A stretch of 57,230 bases of DNA from the NCBI GenBank assembly GCA_030634545.1, contig DAOWAN010000002.1, positions 1-57,230 of the forward strand. The letters are read 5' to 3'. The position numbers and the translations under genes were made by a program. This document shows positions 29,427-37,290 of this stretch, piece after piece. The number at the start of each line of letters is the position of its first letter. Within the stretch, counting starts at the first letter, position 1. The notes under the pieces are model-generated. The model did no database searches. It was given only the letters and a program-made list of their open reading frames with translations, and was not told the DNA's origin. This stretch comes from Candidatus Nanohalarchaeota archaeon. GTDB lineage: Archaea > EX4484-52 > B79-G9.

Positions 29427-29804
29427 TTAGATACTCCTCTCGTAGATTATTACGACCAGTGCTATGATATAGACAGTCCCCATGATGCCCTTCAACTGCT
29501 CTGGGATTGAGCCTGTGGATAATCCTATACTGGCTGATATGATTACAATAATACCTATTATTATCGTGAAAATGTGTGCCAATTCCTTTGATGTCAGACC
29601 ATCTTTCCACATCTTCAATGCTGTCCTGATACCGCCTTCTGCTGTCAGACCAATACCTAACACCATTGTCTGAACCATCAATATCTGGAAGTTCGTAAAA
29701 GTCCAAAGCTCAAAGAACTGACCTATCAGTGTCACAAATCCGATGAAACCTATCAAGAATATTGCGTTCTTGAATCCTTTTGTTATCTTTATTTTCTTTG
29801 CCAT
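29427..29804 (-). CDS. 4-TM membrane protein
   Basis: MAKKIK followed by four hydrophobic segments. Confidence 0.75.
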   Translation of the reverse strand: MAKKIKITKGFKNAIFLIGFIGFVTLIGQFFELWTFTNFQILMVQTMVLGIGLTAEGGIRTALKMWKDGLTSKELAHIFTIIIGIIVIISASIGLSTGSIPEQLKGIMGTVYIIALVVIIYERSI

Positions 29805-29805
29805 T

Positions 29806-30081
29806 TTATTTTAAACATACACAACTCAAACGCATTGTGTCTCTATCAATTATAATTATTTCTTTTGCATAACAGTTGTTATTTTCTGGATTATTAGGAT
29901 TTAAACAATTTGGCTTGACATCAATCTCATTACCAGTCCAGAAATTAAAACTATCACTATCATGTGGTGCTGTAATTTTTGGTTTAGTAACTATATAAAA
30001 CATTATTATAGTAAACAAGACTAGTAGAATAAAGAATGAAATCTTCCACATATTGCGTTTTTTCTTTCTTTTCTTTGCCAT
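29806..30081 (-). CDS. Single-TM protein with small Cys ectodomain
   Basis: MAKKRKKKR + TM + 4 Cys. Confidence 0.7.
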   Translation of the reverse strand: MAKKRKKKRNMWKISFFILLVLFTIIMFYIVTKPKITAPHDSDSFNFWTGNEIDVKPNCLNPNNPENNNCYAKEIIIIDRDTMRLSCVCLK

Positions 30082-30165
30082 CTTCTTCAAATTAAAATAA
30101 TAGAAGCGTCATCATCCCCTCACGTTAGACTCTGCTTCCAATGAACTTTTGTGGATTATAAAAAA

Positions 30166-30408
30166 TTAATCAAAAAACTGGTTCTTGACTGCCCAGCCGA
30201 TTTTCCACAGACCTGATGCTGTTATCAGACCAATAGTCACAGTGCCGACTGTCGGGTGTATCTTGCCTAATATGTCCGAGACCATATTGAAGTCTAGGAA
30301 CTCAAGAATACCTATGTTCAGACCGCCGAATACCAACAGACCGTCAGCTACTTTGTCAACAAACTCAACTACTTTATTTTTCTTCTTATATTTTTTCTTT
30401 TTTGCCAT
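30166..30408 (-). CDS. DUF378-like 2-TM membrane protein with Lys-rich N-terminus
   Basis: DKVA..LLVFGGLNIGI....FNMV..ILG resembles DUF378. Confidence 0.6.
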   Translation of the reverse strand: MAKKKKYKKKNKVVEFVDKVADGLLVFGGLNIGILEFLDFNMVSDILGKIHPTVGTVTIGLITASGLWKIGWAVKNQFFD

Positions 30409-30416
30409 AGCATTAC

Positions 30417-31478
30417 TCACCTTTTCTTCTTTGTTTTCCTGTTCCTGTTGAACAAGATGCTGAATGTGATAAGCATTAATATAAATAATATTATTATGAT
30501 GATGGTGTTCGTCAGTTTAAATTCAAAAGGCTCTTCTGGTTCTTGTTCTGGTGGCTCTTCCTCTGGTGGCTCTTCCTCAAGTGTGCATTCGTCATTCACA
30601 CAGAAAAAGCCTTCTGAACAGTCTGAATCTGAAATACATTCTGGCTGTGGTTCAACACAAGTGCATGAGTCATAATCAAGCTCTTTGTCTTCTGGACATC
30701 CTAATTTACATAATAAAGTCACTGGCTCTATACAGTCTGGCTCATCAAGACCGTCATTACCAAGACAGACATTATATCTGTATCTGTCATCTTCAACCTG
30801 AAATTTCACACTTATACATGATTTTATACTAGAGCCGTCTGCACGTCTCTGGACAATTCCGTAATGGTCAGATATAGTTTTTATAGAAGTCCCTTCATAC
30901 TTGAAATCAATGGCTTCCCTGTAATATTTGTCTTTTTCCCAGTCTTCACCATATTTATCCTGTGCAGATAATTCCTTTATCAGGTTGCCTTCCTTGTCTT
31001 TAACTAAAATATACCATGCACAATTATCATAACTGTCATAGATTGCACCGCCGTATGTACCTAAATCATAGCCGTCAATCCAACTGCAATGACTTTCACA
31101 ATAATCTCCTCTGCTTGTTGAAGTTCTTTCATCACAATTCTCACCGTACATGCAGTTGCTTCTGCTTGCGATACTGTCACAGTCACGCCAGCCTTCACCA
31201 TAGCATTGTTCAATAGTGCAGTCAAATTCATAGTCAATCACTTCACCCCAGACACGGCACGCACTTTTTCCAGAACATCCAGTCGGCTTGCAACCAGTCT
31301 TCTTCCAATACTTGTCAAAAGCATTGAATGTTATCTTCAAATCTTCTGTCTCAAGAACGAAGTCAGTTCCCATGCCGATTAGTGCAGTCTGACGTACAAA
31401 AAATATTGCCATAAGAAAAATTATCAGAATGGTTGAAACTATCAAAATCTTTGTCTTTCTCTTAATTTTATCTGCCAT
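30417..31478 (-). CDS. Short-stalk paralog of the 663-aa spike-like protein
   Basis: RQTALIG; shared G.RDCD...C.YG..CD...YC.SHC.W...Y.LG.YGG..YDS head; Pro/Glu linker; C-terminal TM. Confidence 0.8.
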   Translation of the reverse strand: MADKIKRKTKILIVSTILIIFLMAIFFVRQTALIGMGTDFVLETEDLKITFNAFDKYWKKTGCKPTGCSGKSACRVWGEVIDYEFDCTIEQCYGEGWRDCDSIASRSNCMYGENCDERTSTSRGDYCESHCSWIDGYDLGTYGGAIYDSYDNCAWYILVKDKEGNLIKELSAQDKYGEDWEKDKYYREAIDFKYEGTSIKTISDHYGIVQRRADGSSIKSCISVKFQVEDDRYRYNVCLGNDGLDEPDCIEPVTLLCKLGCPEDKELDYDSCTCVEPQPECISDSDCSEGFFCVNDECTLEEEPPEEEPPEQEPEEPFEFKLTNTIIIIILFILMLITFSILFNRNRKTKKKR

Positions 31479-31502
31479 CTTCAAAAAAAAGATTCTCTGC
31501 CT

Positions 31503-31898
31503 TTACATGTATCTCTTGACAATGATTTCTGAAAGCCAGACAATCGATAATACAGTGAAAAAACCAAACACATTAGTAGATACAACATATCCTATATATG
31601 GTATTGTGAATGCTTTGTCCAATGCAGTTATCAAAATTGTCATTGAAATGACTTTCACACCTGACTCTGCACTGATAATCTCTTTCCCTTTCCTGACCCT
31701 TATCACATACACCATGAAGCATACTATCAAGATACCTTCTACAAACCAAATCAAGTCTGCTATATAGTTTCTTAGTGTAGTGAAAAGAAGCCCAAAAAGA
31801 AATAAGATGACCAATGACAACACTGCGGTTGCAGTCAGTTTCATCAACATCTTAGGCATATCTTCTTTTTTCTTTGCTTTTTTTCTCTTTTTAGCCAT
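31503..31898 (-). CDS. 4-TM membrane protein with Lys-rich N-terminus
   Basis: MAKKRKKAKKK followed by hydrophobic helices. Confidence 0.7.
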   Translation of the reverse strand: MAKKRKKAKKKEDMPKMLMKLTATAVLSLVILFLFGLLFTTLRNYIADLIWFVEGILIVCFMVYVIRVRKGKEIISAESGVKVISMTILITALDKAFTIPYIGYVVSTNVFGFFTVLSIVWLSEIIVKRYM

Positions 31899-32109
31899 GA
31901 GCATCAACTTTGTTAATTAATCCTAATCCATATATTTAGGAATGAATTTTAGATATTTTTTTAGTTCTTTAACTGCTTTTTCAGTATATAAAGAACCACC
32001 ACCATATCTTTTTTTCTTGGGTAATTGTTCAACATTTTTAATTAATTTTTTAATTCTTGATATGTGTCTTGTTTTGGAATCATATTTTTTTATCTTTACC
32101 ATGATTAAT

Positions 32110-32442
32110 TCACCTTTTTACAATCTTATAGATTTGAAAATCATAACCCCAGAAGAAGGTTTTTTTATCTTTTTTATTATGACCATATCCTGCAAATCCG
32201 CCACCCCTATTTTTAACATTTTTATGCTTTTCTGTGACTTTAACAGTTCTCGGTTTTCCTTCTTTATGAGTTTTGTAACGAATTACACTTCCGATTTTGT
32301 AATTTTTGATTTTTTTCTTTTTTAGTAGTTTTCTTTCAACAGCTTTTTTTCTTTTTCCTTTTAAAACTTTTTTACCAAAACACACTCTACAAATTGAATA
32401 TTCAGGCATTGATTCTCTTTTACGACATTTTTTACATAACAT
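32110..32442 (-). CDS. Basic protein with N-terminal Zn finger
   Basis: CKKC...CRVC; GGTGA SD site. Confidence 0.65.
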   Translation of the reverse strand: MLCKKCRKRESMPEYSICRVCFGKKVLKGKRKKAVERKLLKKKKIKNYKIGSVIRYKTHKEGKPRTVKVTEKHKNVKNRGGGFAGYGHNKKDKKTFFWGYDFQIYKIVKR

Positions 32443-32448
32443 GATTTT

Positions 32449-32802
32449 TCACCTTTTTCTTGATATTGGAATTTTAAATGGTTTCATATATTTTTTTAAA
32501 TAATTATAAAAAGTATCAGTCATTGTAAATGGTTTGAAATATCCTTTTTCTTTTGTTTCATAATAAGTTCGTCCTTTACCTAATCCCCAGCCTTTCCATT
32601 TATAGACTTTTTTACCGCCATAATACAAAAATCTTCTTTTTACTTCGTATGGTTTTCCACCTGAAGCAGAGTTCCAATATATGATATTTTTCTTATTTTC
32701 TTCTTGTTTTTGTTTTAAAGCATTCCATTCTTTACCTTGATATTTTCCTTTGACCTTTGAAAAATCAATTCTGACTCCTTTTTTTCTCTTCTTTCTTGGC
32801 AT
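32449..32802 (-). CDS. Hypothetical basic protein
   Basis: 117-aa ORF starting MPRKKRKK. Confidence 0.65.
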   Translation of the reverse strand: MPRKKRKKGVRIDFSKVKGKYQGKEWNALKQKQEENKKNIIYWNSASGGKPYEVKRRFLYYGGKKVYKWKGWGLGKGRTYYETKEKGYFKPFTMTDTFYNYLKKYMKPFKIPISRKR

Positions 32803-32803
32803 T

Positions 32804-33103
32804 TTACTTTAAACTATTTATTATATCTTTAATGAACTGGAAGTCTGCTGATAGTATGATTAAGTATGATAACAGTGAGAATATCTGCGTCAACAAGAAC
32901 ATCAGGAACAGTTCTGCCTTGACTTCTTTGACTGTCAGTTTTGAGTTAATCCTTCTCCTGAAAAAGAACAATACTATCAATGGAAAAACTATGAAGACAA
33001 TCGGCAGTAATATATATTGTGTCTTCAGCAAGACCATTATATTGTCTAGCAAAGGCTTTGGCTCTGTCACCAGTTTACATGTAGCTAATAGTGTTGAGTT
33101 CAT
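32804..33103 (-). CDS. 2-TM membrane protein
   Basis: Two hydrophobic helices. Confidence 0.65.
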   Translation of the reverse strand: MNSTLLATCKLVTEPKPLLDNIMVLLKTQYILLPIVFIVFPLIVLFFFRRRINSKLTVKEVKAELFLMFLLTQIFSLLSYLIILSADFQFIKDIINSLK

Positions 33104-33111
33104 TTATTTTT

Positions 33112-33363
33112 TTATTTAACAGTTCTTCTTAATCCTTTATCATACTTCATCGTTCTTAAAACATTAGTTAAAGCATATAGAACTTCATACAGTTCAGGTT
33201 TGCTCAATCTTCTGCTTAAGTCTGCTTGTGTATATCTTTTCTTATTTTCTAAAACTAATCTAACACCACCATAAGCCCAGTCTAAACTTAGTTCGTGAGT
33301 TCTTGTGGCAATTTGTTTGTTAAGAAATTTTATTTGATTTTCTAATGTTGATTTTGTTGTCAT
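33112..33363 (-). CDS. Phage-type hypothetical protein (AYGG motif)
   Basis: LDWAYGGVRLV motif familiar from phage proteins. Confidence 0.6.
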   Translation of the reverse strand: MTTKSTLENQIKFLNKQIATRTHELSLDWAYGGVRLVLENKKRYTQADLSRRLSKPELYEVLYALTNVLRTMKYDKGLRRTVK

Positions 33364-33368
33364 GACAA

Positions 33369-33830
33369 TCACCTGAATAGTTTTTTAATATCTGATTTAA
33401 CTTTGCTTGGCAATGGTCTTACTAACCATGCACTGCCGTACTTGTAACCTTTATCATTGTAAAGTCTTTTTTTCTTTAAGAATTGAACGTCTTCATCATA
33501 AGACCAGCCTTTAGGTCTTCCACGCCATTTGTTTAAAGCATCTTCCTGTCTTTTTGAGCCTGCTGTCAAATCATTCAGATGCCATTTTTTCCAAATCGTG
33601 ATAATTTTCTTCAAATTAGGTGTTGGCATTTCAATAGAATCATAAATCTGTCCAGCAGAATCCCATCTTGGTCTTCCTTTAGTTCTTTGTGCTGAATCTC
33701 CACTTATAGATAAAACATCAAAAGTGCCTGTTTTCATTGTCTTGTAATCTTTGCCCGACTTTTTCTTGATTGTTAATTCAAGCTTGACTATTTGTGTTGG
33801 TAATTTGAATGTTTTTACAAATTTTTCCAT
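33369..33830 (-). CDS. Phage-type hypothetical protein (WHLND...GYKYGSAW motif)
   Basis: SAGQI, WKKWHLNDL.AG, GYKYGSAWL..PLP; start revised to MEKFVK. Confidence 0.7.
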   Translation of the reverse strand: MEKFVKTFKLPTQIVKLELTIKKKSGKDYKTMKTGTFDVLSISGDSAQRTKGRPRWDSAGQIYDSIEMPTPNLKKIITIWKKWHLNDLTAGSKRQEDALNKWRGRPKGWSYDEDVQFLKKKRLYNDKGYKYGSAWLVRPLPSKVKSDIKKLFR

Positions 33831-33832
33831 CT

Positions 33833-35740
33833 TTACTTCAACCCCAGAAAGTTTAGTTTGCTCATTAAATTCTTTATTGCGAACAGGACAACACCTACTG
33901 CGATGATTATTAAGATGCCCTGCCATGTGAATATGAAGTCTATGAAAGTCTTGAATAAGAAGTAAACAAGACCGCCTGCTGACAATGAGCCGATTACGAA
34001 CATGACTATATTGACATTATCCTTCTTTTTCTTCTTTGCTTCATACGTGTTGTAAAGGTAGCCGAAAACTCCTAATGATGTCAATACGCTTAGAATTATC
34101 GATACAATCAATATGTTCTCTTTAAGCATTTCCAAAAAGCCTTTTTTTGTCTGGCAGTCTGGGTCTTCCATATCTATCTTCCCGTCAGCATCATTGTCAA
34201 CACCGTCATCACATATCTCATCTGTGCTTTCATAACATCTTGTGTTCCTTGCATCGCAACCATACTGGCATTCCTTAATCAGATAAATTCCATTTACACA
34301 ATCCCATAAGTCTGAACCTACACATACATTTTTTGTGCAGTCTTCAGTGACCTCTTCTGCCTTGAACGAATAAGAACAAGTATCTTTTTCATCAGAGATT
34401 ATGTCTCTTGCTGTGATTGTGCATGAGAATGATTTTGTACCGCTTGTTGAAATTGCACTCACTGTTGCCTTGACTGTCCTGCTCTCTCCACCCAATAAGT
34501 CAACACCGTAAGTGCTTAATTGTGATGATGCACCTGTACCGCAGTCAACACCTAGATTGAAGCTTGCCCTTTCAGTCTGGCTCGTCCCAATGTTCGTTAT
34601 AACAAAAGATTGCGTCTCTGTATCGCCTGATTCAACCGTGAATCCGCCAAGATTACTGCAATCCAAGTCTGGCTCTCCTGTGACCTGCCTTATGCCGACC
34701 CAGTCAGCGTCAATCTCAATCGTGAACAATCCTGTTGTCATCGGTGTCTCCAATTCAACTTCCAACAGATTACCTGTATCAACATTTATCCTTCTTATAA
34801 TTGGGTTTTGTGAAAGGAATTCTGCTTTCTTGTTCTGGATGATATTGCTTGTTTCTGAATTATATCTCTGGACTTTGGCAAGAGCCTTGTCATAATCCCA
34901 AATCGCAAAATAACACCAGTCATCATTCGGGTCTGAACATTCATCACCGATAAAATTCTCCCTTACAGGTTTATAATCACCGTATGCACCATCATCAACA
35001 AATTGCCAGTTCTGTGTGTTTACAAAAAACATTGCGTCATAATTTGGTGTTGACAGCCATTGGTTTCTCAGCAAATCTCCTTCCCATCTTACAAAGACTT
35101 TGTCATTTCTTCCAGTTGTGGTATCTTGCGTCAATGTTATTGGGTCTAGTCCGTCAACAGAGAATTCTATCTCGAAATCCCTGTCTCTTGTCTCGCCGAA
35201 TCTTGCATCCTGACCTATTGAATATGTTTGGATACAATAGCATTCCGCACCGAAAAGACCGCCTTTCCTGAAAGCATGACCGCCTATCGTACCGCTTGGA
35301 CATACACCGATGCAAGTTCCTAATGCAGTGTTAGTTGTCTTGACCATCTGTGCTATTGAATAAATCTTAGAAGTGTCTTTGAAAACAGGAAATTGCTCGC
35401 TTTGTGATATTTTTGTAAAAGAACCAGAAACAGAATTTGTAACTTCCCAATCACCGCCCTCTTATTGTTCAAGTTTTTTTTCGATGTCATCTTTATTCCA
35501 ACTTATTGCGAGACATTCACCGCTTCCTGTACCTGCTCTTGCAAGAACTCTTATCTTGCTTCCGCCATCAATCAAAGATACTGTATCAATAGATAGAACT
35601 GAAGTCGAGCCACAAGCTATTGTAGTCTCCCTGACAAAGAAAATGCCACTAACAATCAGTATGAAAAGAATTATAATAACAGGCACAATCACCTTTTTTT
35701 TAGCAGGTTTTTTAGACCTTCTTTTTGGTTTTTTTGCCAT
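33833..35740 (-). pseudogene. fsx1: Archaeal fusexin (Fsx1; HAP2/GCS1 class II fusogen) homolog interrupted by one in-frame TAA (35462-35464)
   Basis: ORFs 35462..35740 and 33833..35347 share a frame and are joined by an open stretch. The ordered motifs YCxQ, WEGDL, W..AYGDYK, FTIEIDA..TGEPDL, GD..T...ITNIG, DCG, GES.T, SCT match Fsx1 as I recall it. Cys-rich domain IV-like segment and three C-terminal TMs. Confidence 0.75.
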
Positions 35741-35748
35741 TGATAGTG

Positions 35749-35782
35749 TTTTAAATTTGTTTTTGAGTATTTATATTTTTCT
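35749..35782 (-). promoter_or_regulatory. 34-bp promoter cassette identical to 48627-48660
   Basis: ttttaaatttgtttttgagtatttatatttttct, with an 8-nt gap to the ATG in both copies. Confidence 0.85.
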
Positions 35783-35790
35783 ATTAAAAA

Positions 35791-35898
35791 TTAGTAATTA
35801 GAATTAAGCTTGTTTTTACAATCTTCACATGTGTCAGAGCCAACTTCAATCTCTTTCAGCTTTCCGCACTTTGAACATTTTTCAACTTCGACATCCAT
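35791..35898 (-). CDS. 35-aa Zn-ribbon peptide (MDVEVEKCSKCG...CEDC)
   Basis: Two CxxC motifs; TATATAAA 25 nt upstream. Confidence 0.55.
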   Translation of the reverse strand: MDVEVEKCSKCGKLKEIEVGSDTCEDCKNKLNSNY

Positions 35899-35936
35899 TA
35901 AACAATATTATTATATATGTGATTTATATATTTTTC

Positions 35937-36323
35937 TCAGAATAATGGGTTATAGCCGAAGAATGCCTGTATCATGTACCATATCTTTTTCAAGAAAGAA
36001 ATTTCTTTGATTGTGACAGGATGTATCTTTTTAATATCGTTGACCGTTACATTGATGAAATACATATTCTCTTTCTCATTTGTCGGGACTATCACTTCGT
36101 ATGAATAGATGTTTTCCTTTATCTTTCTCGGAATCTTCCTTGATAAGATTGTCTGGTTGTTCATATCTATTATTTCAAAAGAAACATTGTTAGAAGGTTC
36201 TGACAACACTATCTCAAAACTGTATATCTTTCCTGCCAGCCATGTCTTTTCAGCCACTATATCAAAGTCTAGTGCATTAACTGTTGAAATTAATAATAAG
36301 AACAAAACTATCTTTTTAATCAT
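35937..36323 (-). CDS. Small secreted Ig-like protein
   Basis: Signal peptide, beta-rich body, amphipathic C-terminus. Confidence 0.65.
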   Translation of the reverse strand: MIKKIVLFLLLISTVNALDFDIVAEKTWLAGKIYSFEIVLSEPSNNVSFEIIDMNNQTILSRKIPRKIKENIYSYEVIVPTNEKENMYFINVTVNDIKKIHPVTIKEISFLKKIWYMIQAFFGYNPLF

Positions 36324-37290
36324 CTGATTTCTTTTTAAAGAATCTCTTTCTTATATATGTTCTTTTTTTGATTATGATTACCAATATAAGTAAAATTAAG
36401 ATTATCAGGAACACCAGAACATAATAGATGACTGGCTTTAATCTGCCATCTTCATCCCTTAAACTATCAAAGAAATCTTTAAAAAATGCAACAATGAATA
36501 AGTCTCCTGAAGGCGTTATCAATATGTTATAAAAATCTGTGCTGTCTGTTATCTTCACAGGCTTTGTCTGGTTTATCAAGATACTGCCTTTCCTTGCTGA
36601 AAACATGAAATCATAATTGCCTTTTTCCAGATTGTTGACATAATCCAACGGATAGATGCCTGTTGAACTTTCTTCTAATGTTAAAAAATCAACTGAAGTG
36701 TCCTTTCTCATTACCTCAAGAAAGACCAAATCCATATTTACCAAAGTATTATAGTAGTATGTCTTTACAGTCATTTCAATCGGCTCAGATAAATTATAAG
36801 CGTACCTCGTGGTCTCAATTATGAAATAATATCCCAGAATTTCCTCGCTGACTATCTCATCTGGCTCTTCAACATCTTCTGGCGGTTCATCATAATAAGT
36901 CTCGTTGATACACCAGCCAGAATTGTATTCCTCACCACCACATTCACATAACCTGACTATCTGACCTTCATCACAATCTGTTATTGTGTATGGACTACTC
37001 CCACCGCCACCAGTCGGGGGTGTGCATGCCTGACCTGTCGCTGGCATACTATCAGTTGTGCCACAGACATTAACATCAGTGCAAGTCCTGTTCTGGATAT
37101 TGCCAACACAAGTTGTCCATGAACTGCATGACCAAGATTCCGTACAGCTTGCTTCAAATATAATCATTGGCAGATATGTATCTCCGCCACCGACTATCGC
37201 TTGAAAACCCTGTACGGAACTAATCAATAATATAGAATAAAGTATTGAAAAGACAATTACAAATCCAATAAAAATTCTTTTCTTCATCAT
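36316..37290 (-). CDS. Surface protein with TSP1-like Cys repeat, Ig-like domain and C-terminal TM
   Basis: CTESWSCSSWTTCVGNIQNRTCTD.N.CG; PPTGGGG linker. Confidence 0.75.
   Translation of the reverse strand: MMKKRIFIGFVIVFSILYSILLISSVQGFQAIVGGGDTYLPMIIFEASCTESWSCSSWTTCVGNIQNRTCTDVNVCGTTDSMPATGQACTPPTGGGGSSPYTITDCDEGQIVRLCECGGEEYNSGWCINETYYDEPPEDVEEPDEIVSEEILGYYFIIETTRYAYNLSEPIEMTVKTYYYNTLVNMDLVFLEVMRKDTSVDFLTLEESSTGIYPLDYVNNLEKGNYDFMFSARKGSILINQTKPVKITDSTDFYNILITPSGDLFIVAFFKDFFDSLRDEDGRLKPVIYYVLVFLIILILLILVIIIKKRTYIRKRFFKKKSDD

Noticed and set aside
35462..35464. Alternative genetic code (TAA recoding)
   Set aside because: TAA ends many tightly packed genes here, and long ORFs are intact under the standard code
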